This document shows positions 41,651 to 50,550 of a stretch of 64,000 bases of DNA, one piece after another (positions within the stretch are counted from its first letter, which is position 1; every line of letters begins with the position of its first letter). A program made the translations under genes and the position numbers. The stretch covers positions 1,280,001-1,344,000 of the forward strand of contig CAVXKA010000002.1 in the NCBI GenBank assembly GCA_963762255.1, written 5' to 3'. The stretch comes from Candidatus Eiseniibacteriota bacterium (GTDB lineage: Bacteria > Eisenbacteria > RBG-16-71-46 > JABDJR01). Below the pieces are notes generated by a model. The model worked only from the letters and a program-made list of their open reading frames with translations, was not told where the DNA came from and ran no database searches.

Positions 41651-42288
41651 GTATTCAAACGGAAGAGGTTCTCTCCGATCGCCTGGCCGATGACTTGATC
41701 TGGCGAAAGAAGGAGCTCACGGTGCTCAAGAAGCTCGTCAGCTCGGCTTCTCTGGATCGCGAGGCCGTCCTAGTTCGGTCACTGGTGGCACTTCTGTACG
41801 CTCATTGGGAGGGTTTCGTAAGGAACGCCGGACTGTGCTACCTCCAATACCTGTCACCGCGGCGCCTGCGGTACTCTGAGTTGGCTTCTAACTTCGTGGC
41901 CCTTTCCCTCCTGCCGCGCATTCGGGACGCGGCCTCACGTCACAATCTCTCTGAACTAATCCAAGTGGTTGAGTTGCTCCGTGATCAGCCCGAAGAGAGG
42001 TGCAGAATGCCCAAGGACGCCGTCGACACGGAGTCCAATCTGTCTTCCAGAGTCCTGCATGATCTCATGACCGCTATGGGACTTGACTACGCGCCCTTCG
42101 AGACCAAGGCAGTGCTCATCGATGAGCGTCTTCTTGGCAACCGCAATCGAATAGCTCACGGAGAATATGTCGCCCTCGACGCTCGCGATAGTATCGAGCT
42201 GGCCGATCAGGTTCTGGCCCTGATGGAGGGTTTCAGGGATCAGCTCGAGAATGCAGTAGCGTTGTCCAGGTACCGAAAATCAGCCTAA
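41647..42288 (+). CDS. HEPN-domain putative RNase (MAE_28990/MAE_18760-like)
   Basis: WRKKEL, LLYAHWEGFV, TESNLS, and Rx4H motif RNRIAHG; TTG start overlaps the DUF262 stop. Confidence 0.8.
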   Translation: MSIQTEEVLSDRLADDLIWRKKELTVLKKLVSSASLDREAVLVRSLVALLYAHWEGFVRNAGLCYLQYLSPRRLRYSELASNFVALSLLPRIRDAASRHNLSELIQVVELLRDQPEERCRMPKDAVDTESNLSSRVLHDLMTAMGLDYAPFETKAVLIDERLLGNRNRIAHGEYVALDARDSIELADQVLALMEGFRDQLENAVALSRYRKSA

Positions 42289-42392
42289 CACCGCCCTACT
42301 GCTGACGGTCCAATCCTCGGCGGTCATTTGCACAATCCAGAAGATGGCCACTGGAGCCGGTCCGGGGCTGTCAGCACATGTCTTCGTCTGGT
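42283..42392 (+). mobile_element. Decayed attC-like site
   Basis: GCCTAAC contains the HEPN stop codon; TGCTGAC...GTCAGCA inverted arms; right end reads GTCTGGT instead of GTTRRRY. Confidence 0.4.
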
Positions 42393-42734
42393 GACCGTTG
42401 TCGCAGTCTTCGCGCTGCCTTGTCTGAAGTCGCCCACGCCGCCAGCTCCCGCCCATGAACGCGGGGGGGGCATCGCACGGCGTCTTCCGATGGCTGTTGT
42501 CGTGATTGTGCCGCCGCGCGACCCCAGGCATCCTGGGGCCATCGCATGTTTCGTCGTGGGACCATCCAGGACTGCGAAGTGTCCGAGACAGGCGGAGCAG
42601 AGTTACACTGGGCGGCAGTACCGGTTTCCGAGAGCATTTCTGCTACCCGATCCTCTTGAGCAGGCTTTCAGGAGCTCATCATATCGCACTTGAGTCGCAG
42701 GACTTGCGTTTCATGCGCGAGGAGGGAGTCAGTG

Positions 42735-44000
42735 ATGGCGCGCCGCGGTTTCTTCGCTGAACTTCAACATCAATCAAAGGTCGCCGCCCGAGAGCGGGCA
42801 CGGGATCTGCGGGAAGCGCAGCGGGCGCGCGCGGGTGCGATCCGCGAGGCCGAACGGACCCGAAGAGCCGAGGAACGTGCAAGAGATCAGTGGTCCCGGG
42901 CGACTGCGGCGGACAAGAAGCGGCTAGCACGGGAAGCCCGGGACGCTCATGTTGCCGCCATGGAAGCGGAGGTACTGGAGAAGAACCTCGAACTCGCACA
43001 GGTGTACGACGAGCTGGACTCTCTGCTTGCGGCGACCCTGGCAGTCGATGATTTTGTGGACTTGAATACACTGCGTACTGTCGTCGAGCACCCACCATTC
43101 GATCGAACCGATCTGGAAGTGCCCATCCCCACACCCGATCCTATTGCTGACCCCCTCAGGCCCGTCGTTCCCCCACTTCCCCCACCTCCCAAGGGACTGC
43201 AGGGGTTGTTTGGCAAGAAGAAGTACGGACAGGCACTCGCCGAAGCAGTAGCTGCTCATGAACGCGCCGTTGCACGCTGGCAGGCTGAACTACCCAAGGC
43301 AGAGGCGGCCCGGAAGGCGGCGGCGACTCAGCACGCTCAAGCAGAGGCCCGGCGCCTCTCAGACCTTGCGGCGGCCCGGGACCGCTACGCCGCAGAGTGT
43401 TCAGCGCGCGAAGCAGAGGCGGAGGACCGAAACAGAGCCCTCGATGCCCTGATAGCCAACCTTGGCTACGGAACCGTTGACGCCGTCCAGGAATACGTGT
43501 CCATCGTGCTGTCAAACTCCGTGTATCCGAAGCACCTCTCGATCGAACACAGCTTTGCGTTCGACGTTGCAACTGCAGAGCTGCGACTGCGCGTGCTAGT
43601 ACCGGGCCCCGACAAGGCGCCTACCATTGGCACGTACAAGTACAGCAAGGCATCTGACGAGGTCACGACCACCGCATTGTCGCAGAAGGCGTGCAAGGAC
43701 CGGTACGCGAATGTGGTGTACCAAGTCGCCCTCCGATCGATGCATGAGGTTTTCGAAGCCGACCGTCGCGGATTGGTGAAGTCGATTTCTTTGGAGGTCG
43801 GGACTGAAACCATCGACCCGGCCACGGGGAGAGAGATCTACATCCCATTCGTCGCGGCGGGCGCTGAGCGGGATTCGTTCCTGGCCCTGGATCTTTCAAA
43901 CGTGGTCCCATCCGCCACCCTGAGTCACCTAGGCGCGGCCGTCTCAAAGAATCCATTCGGTTTACTCGCCGCAGATGTATCGGGAATCCGACGCGCATGA
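42735..44000 (+). CDS. Coiled-coil protein resembling the non-catalytic part of long Mrr-type restriction proteins; no nuclease domain
   Basis: MARRGFFAEL, long Ala/Arg/Glu helices, YKYSKASDEV, QVALRSMHEVFEAD, IDPATG, LGAAVSKNP; ends where a Mrr_cat domain would start (from family recollection). Confidence 0.65.
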   Translation: MARRGFFAELQHQSKVAARERARDLREAQRARAGAIREAERTRRAEERARDQWSRATAADKKRLAREARDAHVAAMEAEVLEKNLELAQVYDELDSLLAATLAVDDFVDLNTLRTVVEHPPFDRTDLEVPIPTPDPIADPLRPVVPPLPPPPKGLQGLFGKKKYGQALAEAVAAHERAVARWQAELPKAEAARKAAATQHAQAEARRLSDLAAARDRYAAECSAREAEAEDRNRALDALIANLGYGTVDAVQEYVSIVLSNSVYPKHLSIEHSFAFDVATAELRLRVLVPGPDKAPTIGTYKYSKASDEVTTTALSQKACKDRYANVVYQVALRSMHEVFEADRRGLVKSISLEVGTETIDPATGREIYIPFVAAGAERDSFLALDLSNVVPSATLSHLGAAVSKNPFGLLAADVSGIRRA

Positions 44001-45361
44001 CTCCCAAACACCTAGTCTTCAATCCGCCTCCCGGATGGCCCAAGCCCCCTGAAGGATGGTCTCCCCCAAAGGGCTGGACTCCGGATCCCACTTGGCCAGA
44101 TCCACCGGATGGCTGGCAGCTTTGGCTCCCCGCCGAATCGCCAGGTGATGAAGCGACCCCTTCTGAAGACTTCAGCGGCGGGATCAGCAGCCCCCAATCA
44201 CCACCACAAGCGCAACCGGCGGCGGTACAAGTGCCTGCCGACGCCGATCGGCGGACCATGCTCCTTGAAGCCGAGATCACCGCGCTTCGGGCCCAATTGC
44301 ATGCAGCCGCATCCGCGGCTGACACCGTCGTGCTTGACGACGAGTGGGTTCTGCAAGAGGCAGGAGTCTATCGGTACCACCACCCCCTCGAGAACGCGGC
44401 GGCGTACAAGGATCGTCTCGCCGATCTGAGCATGCGCATCGCAACTCTCATCAAGTCCGGGGGCGCAATCGAGATGTCGAACAGCTTCACCTTCGACAAC
44501 TCCCTCGCCAAAGGCCGCCAGATGTCCAACGACCTCGGCAAGCTCATGCTGCGTGCGTACAACGCGGAAGTGGACAATAGCCTACGCGCGTTGCGAGCAG
44601 GCAACGTCGTCACAGCGAAGCGACGTATTGATGCTACGCGAACCGCAATCAAGAGACTCGGGCGGATGATGCAGATGCAGATCAGCGATGCATTTCACGC
44701 CTTACGTCTCGAAGAGCTCGAATTGACCGCCGACTTCATGATGAAGAAGGAGGAAGAACGCGAGGCGGCTCGCGAAGAGCGCGAGCGCCTTCGTGAGGAA
44801 CGAAAGGTCGAGGCCGAACTCGCAGCGGAGCGGGAAAGGCTCGACAAGGAGCGAACTCATCTCGTGAACGCACTTGGGGCACTACGGAACGGGGGAGCGA
44901 CCGATGTTGAGTTGGAGCGCAAGCTCGCTGAACTCGATGATGCAATCGCCCAGAATGACTATCGGGCAGCCAACATCAGGGCGGGTTACGTCTACGTAAT
45001 CTCGAATCGGGGCGCGTTTGGCGCCGACGTTGTGAAGATTGGCCTGACTCGCCGATTGGAGCCGCTTGACCGCGTAAGTGAACTGAGCGGGGCCGCAGTG
45101 CCGTTCCGTTTCGACGTCCACTGCCTGATCTTCTCCGAAGATGCCGTCACCCTCGAATCCGAATTGCACAAGCACTTTGGCAATCGAAGAGTCAATCACG
45201 CCAACGAACGCAAGGAGTTCTTCTTTGCAAAGCCAGGAGACGTGCGCGCAGCTCTCACTTCCCGAGTTGGCACGCTTCTCGAGTTCGCAGAACACGCTGA
45301 ATCGACGGAGTACCTGCAGAGCGTTCGCTACTGGCCAGAGGACCTCAAGAGGGATAGCTGA
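43997..45361 (+). CDS. DUF4041 + GIY-YIG (T5orf172/MUG113-like) nuclease, PD-lambda-1/SNIPE-like, with Pro/Trp-repeat N-terminus
   Basis: KLMLRAYNAEVDN, LRLEELEL, GYVYVISNRGAFG..VVKIGLTRRLEPLDRVSEL..AVPFRFDVH, RVN...RKEFF; ATGA overlap with upstream gene. Confidence 0.85.
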   Translation: MTPKHLVFNPPPGWPKPPEGWSPPKGWTPDPTWPDPPDGWQLWLPAESPGDEATPSEDFSGGISSPQSPPQAQPAAVQVPADADRRTMLLEAEITALRAQLHAAASAADTVVLDDEWVLQEAGVYRYHHPLENAAAYKDRLADLSMRIATLIKSGGAIEMSNSFTFDNSLAKGRQMSNDLGKLMLRAYNAEVDNSLRALRAGNVVTAKRRIDATRTAIKRLGRMMQMQISDAFHALRLEELELTADFMMKKEEEREAAREERERLREERKVEAELAAERERLDKERTHLVNALGALRNGGATDVELERKLAELDDAIAQNDYRAANIRAGYVYVISNRGAFGADVVKIGLTRRLEPLDRVSELSGAAVPFRFDVHCLIFSEDAVTLESELHKHFGNRRVNHANERKEFFFAKPGDVRAALTSRVGTLLEFAEHAESTEYLQSVRYWPEDLKRDS

Positions 45362-45413
45362 GCGCGGACCCAGGCCGCCAGTCAATGACGGGAGAACCGC
45401 CTCACCTGCCCCC

Positions 45414-45659
45414 CTACCCCACCTCCACCCACTCCTCCACCACCAGCACGTGCCGATGCCGCTGCCCTCGCACGCGGATGCGCTTCCCCACCAGCGCATC
45501 GAGTTCCGGATCGCTGGGCGGTCGCACTCCAACAAGACGCAGCACGAACTCGCCGTAGCGGGTCGAGAGCATGACCGCATTGCGCTCGCTCTTGGATCCC
45601 TCGGCAATCCGGCTCCGGATCACGTCGCCGGTGTATTGCTTCGTCTCGCTCGCCACCAC
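45414..45659 (-). CDS. Small hypothetical protein (~80 aa, beta-rich, OB-fold-like)
   Basis: GSKSERNAVML...DPELDALVGKRIRVRG; starts 7 nt after the C25 stop, with an SD. Confidence 0.7.
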   Translation of the reverse strand: MVASETKQYTGDVIRSRIAEGSKSERNAVMLSTRYGEFVLRLVGVRPPSDPELDALVGKRIRVRGQRHRHVLVVEEWVEVG

Positions 45660-45666
45660 GTGCCTC

Positions 45667-47259
45667 TTATCGCCGGTAGATGACCGTCAAGTCGTCCACG
45701 GCCCCGTCCACCTCTCGGACCACCAATAACTGCTTGGGTTCAACCCGGGGGCCCGCGACCTTCGGCTGAGCCTTACCGCCAACCGTTCTCACCAGCGGCA
45801 CCACGAAGTACTGCGTCTTGTGCTTGGCGAGCCGCTTGGCGAGCGCCGCCACCGGCGCTCCATCGCCCCTACGCATCCCAAAGCGATCCACCCGTCTCCC
45901 CAGAGCATAGCCCCTGGGCAGGCGTAGCCGAAAACGCGACAGCGCTCCGACCGACAGCACCTGCGCGCTGCCCGGATCGGCGGTGGCGATCGTGCGCTCG
46001 ATCGCACGCCCGCGCGCGGCCAGCACGTGTCGGCGGTCGACTCGCGCCGCCAACCACGAGACCGCCTTCGCGGCGGCGCCCTTGCCCTTCTTCGCAGCAC
46101 TCTTCGCTGACTGCGTCTTCTTCCCACCCTTCTTCGCCACCACCGGCTGGATCGACGGATCGCCGATCAGGTTGAACTGCGCCACGGTCTTGAGATCCAC
46201 CGGCCCCATCGTTCCTCCCGCCTCGATGTAGCGCTGGCGGGCTTGAAGCGCGGCGCGCCCCAGCGACGCCCCGTCCCGCACTGCCTGGATGAACTCGATG
46301 CAGAGGAGGTCGGCGTACTCGGTGCCGTCGGCGGGGCCATACGCAACCGTGCTGCTACCGAAGAAGCCCCACGCGCCTTCGCCCAGGTAGCGTTGCGAGA
46401 TCCCCATCTCCGTGCCGGTGGGATCGTAGAGCTCCGCGCCGTAGCAGCACTCGGCGGCGATCACGGTGCCCGACACCACGCGTCCCGAAAGATGGGTCGA
46501 GAGATGCGCGATCGGCTGGTCGTTCTCGTTCGCCTCCGCCTGCCCAAAATACGCAGGGAACGCGACGTCGCCGTGGCAATTGATGAAGTGCACGCGCGGC
46601 TTGAGCACGTTGGCCGACCACGTGGGGCCCTCGGGGGGCGAGAGATGGACGCCCTTTGTCGATCCGAAAAGCTTCTTCATGCTCGCGCGGGTGGAGCCCT
46701 TCCATACTTCGGCGGAGAGCGCGAAGTGGCTCTTGTAGCTCGCGCGACTGCGCGACGTCCACGAGGCGGCGCGATCGATCACGCCCACGAAGTAGCCCGT
46801 GTCGCCACGGCCCATGATGTCGGGGAGCCGCCCCACGACGCGCCCGGGCCCGAGGAAGTCTGTGATGTCGAGGCTGTAGCCCGCGTCGCACGCGTAGGGC
46901 AGATCCGACTCCACGCGCCGGTCCGGATCGGTCGTGGCGGAGAGCGGGTTCTTGAGCTGAACGTGCGGGATCACGTCAGGCGCGCCAAGAAGCAGCACGT
47001 AGTGCGGAGCGAGCGCGGCGCAGATCGCGTCCACCGCGCGCTTCACCTGGCGCGCGTCGCCGGCGGAGGTCACCCGCGGTCCGAACGGCTTCATGTCCTC
47101 AGCGCGATCGATGTGAACCACGATGGTCGTGATCCCGCGCTTCTTGTCGGCGGCGATCATGCGGTGGACGGCGGCGCGGAGCTTCGGCATGCCCGCCGCC
47201 TTGTGCTTCTTGCGAAGCGCCACCGAGTTCGCAACGATCACCTTGTGCACCGGGCTCAT
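45667..47259 (-). CDS. C25 (gingipain/caspase-fold, clan CD) cysteine peptidase, no signal peptide
   Basis: VLLLGAPDVIPH, VVGRLP, HFINCHG (catalytic His-Gly), AECCYGA (catalytic Cys), FNLIGDPS; own SD and ATG at MSPVHK. Confidence 0.75.
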   Translation of the reverse strand: MSPVHKVIVANSVALRKKHKAAGMPKLRAAVHRMIAADKKRGITTIVVHIDRAEDMKPFGPRVTSAGDARQVKRAVDAICAALAPHYVLLLGAPDVIPHVQLKNPLSATTDPDRRVESDLPYACDAGYSLDITDFLGPGRVVGRLPDIMGRGDTGYFVGVIDRAASWTSRSRASYKSHFALSAEVWKGSTRASMKKLFGSTKGVHLSPPEGPTWSANVLKPRVHFINCHGDVAFPAYFGQAEANENDQPIAHLSTHLSGRVVSGTVIAAECCYGAELYDPTGTEMGISQRYLGEGAWGFFGSSTVAYGPADGTEYADLLCIEFIQAVRDGASLGRAALQARQRYIEAGGTMGPVDLKTVAQFNLIGDPSIQPVVAKKGGKKTQSAKSAAKKGKGAAAKAVSWLAARVDRRHVLAARGRAIERTIATADPGSAQVLSVGALSRFRLRLPRGYALGRRVDRFGMRRGDGAPVAALAKRLAKHKTQYFVVPLVRTVGGKAQPKVAGPRVEPKQLLVVREVDGAVDDLTVIYRR

Positions 47260-47276
47260 GGAATTCCCCCTTCGCG

Positions 47277-48939
47277 CTACCGGCTCATGTGATCCCGAAG
47301 TCGCCGTGACGCCATCGTCCATCGTACCGCGCCCTTCGCCTTGGCGCCCCGCGCCTTCTTTCCGCGAGCCCGGTCGCGTACCGACTGTCGGAGCTTGGCA
47401 TCCGTCGCCAGGTGGAAGGCGATCTCGGGCCCGAAGTCTTCGAGGAACGCGTCGAGCGTCGCGTCCGTCACTTTGAACGTCGCGGCCAGCGCCTTTCGCA
47501 TCGCCGCCGGTGGAAGATCCGGGAAGAGCGCCAGAACTTCCTCGAGCGGCGTCACCCGCGCGGCGCGGCGCTTCGCCATGCCCTTCGCCTTGGGTGTCGT
47601 TGGAAGCGGCGCCTTCAGGAGTCGCTCGGCATCGAGAGTCCCGGCCCCATACTCCCGCGCGTCCCATCCCGCGGGCCGTCGGACTCCCGCGGTCACGAGC
47701 ACCTCGCGGAACACGGAAGCGAGGTTGGCCCTTCCGTACTTGGCGATGAGGCGATCTCTTCCATGGTACGCGAGCCAGAGCGCGCAAGCGCCGGCGGTCG
47801 TGGTCACCGCGAACGAGGTCCCCGTCCCGCGCTCGGCCGTGTACGCCGTGGGGTTGTCCTTGGGCGTTCGCGCCACCCACACCGATTCGCCGGGAGCGGC
47901 GAGATCCACGTCGGCGCCTCGCGCGGTGAACCTCCATGGTTTCCCCGCGCAGTTGACGGCGGCCACCGCGATGACCGCGTCGAGCCTCGCCGGGTAGACC
48001 ACCCACGGCCAGTAGTTCCCGGCGGCGGCGAGGACGATGACGCCTTGCCCCACCGCGTGATCCACGGCATTGCGCAGAGCGTTGCTCGCGATCGGCCCGC
48101 CGAGCGACATGGAGATGACGTGACAGCCGGCGTCGACGGCGCGATAGATGGCGCGCGCGACGTTGAGGAAGTTGAAAACCACAACCGTTTCGATGACGCG
48201 AAGGGGAACGACCTCGGCCATGGGGGCGCTTCCGGTGACCCACAGCGCGGCGCCGGCCCGCGCCCGGCCCGATGCCGCTCATGATGACGCTGGCGGTGGC
48301 GGTCCCGTGGCCTTCGTTGAGCCCGCTCCGCAACGGATCGCGCGGATCGGCCTTCGAGTTCACGAAGTTGAATCCGAGGTCCGTGCGGACGCGCTGATGC
48401 GGGCCGGGCTCCCAGATCTCCGGGTGCGGCGTGTAGCCGGTGTCGGGATGGCCGACGCGGATGCCCTCACCGAAGCGCTTCCCCTTCCCATGCTTGGGCA
48501 GCGCCACGGCCCACGCGTCGACGACCCGGCTCTGCTTGAGGCTCCATTCGCAGTCGGCGGAACAGGGCTTGGGGGCCTTTGCGAGGAGGGACTTGGGCGC
48601 GGGCTGTTCGTCGGGGGCGAGTAGCTCGCGAAGGTGCTTCGGATCGGGTTCCAGCCCCGGGAGTTCGAGAAGCGGCTCGGCATCCAGAACGTCGCGGTCA
48701 GCGACCAGACGATGCACGTGGTCCCACGCCGTGGAGAGCATGATGCGCTTGGATTTCCTGTCACGAAGGACCACGAAATCGCGACTGCCTCCATGAATGG
48801 GTTGGACGCTCCATCGGCCCGGGAGGTTCCTGCCCACTATCTCGCGGGCGAATCCGAGCGCGGCGGCGTGCGACTCGATAGGGTCGCCCGCGTGAATGAG
48901 GAGGCCTTCGCAGATCGGTGTGACGTTGGATCGGGGCAC
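47277..48939 (-). CDS. S8 subtilisin-family serine peptidase, no signal peptide; +1 frameshift at ~48258
   Basis: Asp GHPDTG, His GHGTATASV, oxyanion Asn AAAGNY, Ser GTGTSFA, split over two frames. Confidence 0.85.
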
Positions 48940-49126
48940 TGGATCTCCCGGTTGATCCTCTTGGGGGTCTGCCGGTTCCCGAGGGGACAGTATACGGCGA
49001 TTCGCAGTCCTGTTCGAGCTTGGACGGCAAGAACCACGTGGCTATCCTGGCTCGACTATGAGCCAGCCGCTGAGGCGCGGCGTCGGATCCATCCATTCTG
49101 GGCTGAACGGAAATGAGGGCAGACTC

Positions 49127-49825
49127 GTGAAAAGAATCCTCATCGTACTCGGGTTCAGTCTCATGTTGTTCGGGCTGGCGCACGGCTCTGAGATCATGAT
49201 GGTTTCCTTTACCTGCCCGATCGACAGCACGACGTTTGAATCCGGGGTTCAGGTCTCCTGCTACATAGTCGGACAGATGCTCGACTTGGAGCCCTTTGGA
49301 GCAGTCGCGGCACCTGCCCCCTTGCCGGTCTGTCCGAAGGACCACTTCGTGGTCTACGCGGACTCGATTCCCGCTGATGTCATCGCCAAACTGAAACCGT
49401 ACGTCCTTTCTTCCGCCTACCAAGACCTAGTGGAGGGCAACAGCTCTTACTACCTTCTGGCCAAGCTGGCTGAGTTTCTTGGCATTCCACCTCTCCAGAT
49501 CGGCTACCAGTACCTTCAAGCCTCGTGGCAAGTCGCCGACGATCCCGACAGACACCGGGAATACGTCGGAGAGTGCCTCAATGCGCTTCTCGCCGGCATC
49601 CCGCATGCAAACGGGGCGGCAGACGACTCGCTCACCATTGAGATTCTCTGCGTCGACCTGCAACGACAGTTGGGGAGGTTCGCCGATGCCCACGCACGGC
49701 TCCTGCCACTTCTGGAGAATCAGCAGATGCCGGATCATGTCAAGAGCGTCGCCAAGTACGAAATGGATCTGGTCGCCGCGCAAGATACTCTGCGCCACGA
49801 GGCGCCCGAGGCAGGGAGCAAGTGA
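49127..49825 (+). CDS. Exported hypothetical protein, DUF2225-like
   Basis: Signal peptide KRILIVLGFSLMLFGLAHG; TCPID...DLEP...P.PVCP; YLQASW; helical C-terminus. Confidence 0.55.
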   Translation: MKRILIVLGFSLMLFGLAHGSEIMMVSFTCPIDSTTFESGVQVSCYIVGQMLDLEPFGAVAAPAPLPVCPKDHFVVYADSIPADVIAKLKPYVLSSAYQDLVEGNSSYYLLAKLAEFLGIPPLQIGYQYLQASWQVADDPDRHREYVGECLNALLAGIPHANGAADDSLTIEILCVDLQRQLGRFADAHARLLPLLENQQMPDHVKSVAKYEMDLVAAQDTLRHEAPEAGSK

Positions 49826-49977
49826 CGTCGGAGCATGCAGTTGCTGTCGCCCGTGAGTTCTGACGGCTCATGGCCACAACCGACTTCCATTCAGTTGCGG
49901 TTGTGCTGGCACCAGACTTCGTGCTCGAATGGCCGCAATCCAACGGGCGCCATGCGCTGCGCCGAGGAGACAATCCG

Positions 49978-50403
49978 ATGGAAGCTCGGAACGCTGACGG
50001 AACCCCTGCAACCGCCGGCCGCGGCGAACCCGAATACCCGAGCCTTGTCCGCAGGTACCTCGTGACTTTCCTGGACGGGTCGTTCGTCTTCGGCCTCTTC
50101 CTCCTGCTCATCTACGCGTTCCCCGGCAGCGAGCTCGCGTGGTTGCGGGTGGGGATCATCGCGACCACCATCCTGCTCTACGAGCCTGTCTTCACGAGCA
50201 GATCCTGCACTCTGGGTCAGAAGTTGCTCGGCGTGAGGGTGCGCCGATCCGATGACCTGTATCCGATCTCCATCCTCCAGGCCTATGCGCGCCTCGTCGT
50301 GAAGATCCTCCTCGGCTGGATATCGTTCCTGTCGCTGGGCTTCGACCGGGAGCGGCGCGCGATTCATGACTACGCCGTGGGTTCGGTCGTCATCCGGAGC
50401 TGA
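49978..50403 (+). CDS. RDD family membrane protein
   Basis: RRYLVTFLD, TLGQKLLGVRV, RRAIHDYAVGSVV. Confidence 0.85.
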   Translation: MEARNADGTPATAGRGEPEYPSLVRRYLVTFLDGSFVFGLFLLLIYAFPGSELAWLRVGIIATTILLYEPVFTSRSCTLGQKLLGVRVRRSDDLYPISILQAYARLVVKILLGWISFLSLGFDRERRAIHDYAVGSVVIRS

Positions 50404-50550
50404 CGTGGTGACCGCCATCAACTGCGCAACGTCAGGCCGGCCTGAGGCCGCTGGCTGGGCACCGCTAAGATGCGCCGCCCCGCGTGCCGATGACCACCGG
50501 AGAACACCGGGCATCCGACAGATAGCGCCTCCAACCAGGACAGCACGACG

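Noticed and set aside
42328-42693. 121-aa ORF between HEPN and the coiled-coil gene
   Set aside because: No SD or motif, it overlaps the attC-like hairpin, and its composition is not protein-like; treated as non-coding or decayed sequence.
45667-48939. 1090-aa ORF suggesting an S8-C25 fusion protein
   Set aside because: The middle third is Arg-rich nonsense while the S8 catalytic Asn and Ser lie in another frame, and C25 has its own SD and ATG. The fusion is a by-product of the +1 indel.
49826-49900. Possible further attC remnant after the DUF2225-like gene
   Set aside because: No AAC/GTT core sites or convincing paired arms.
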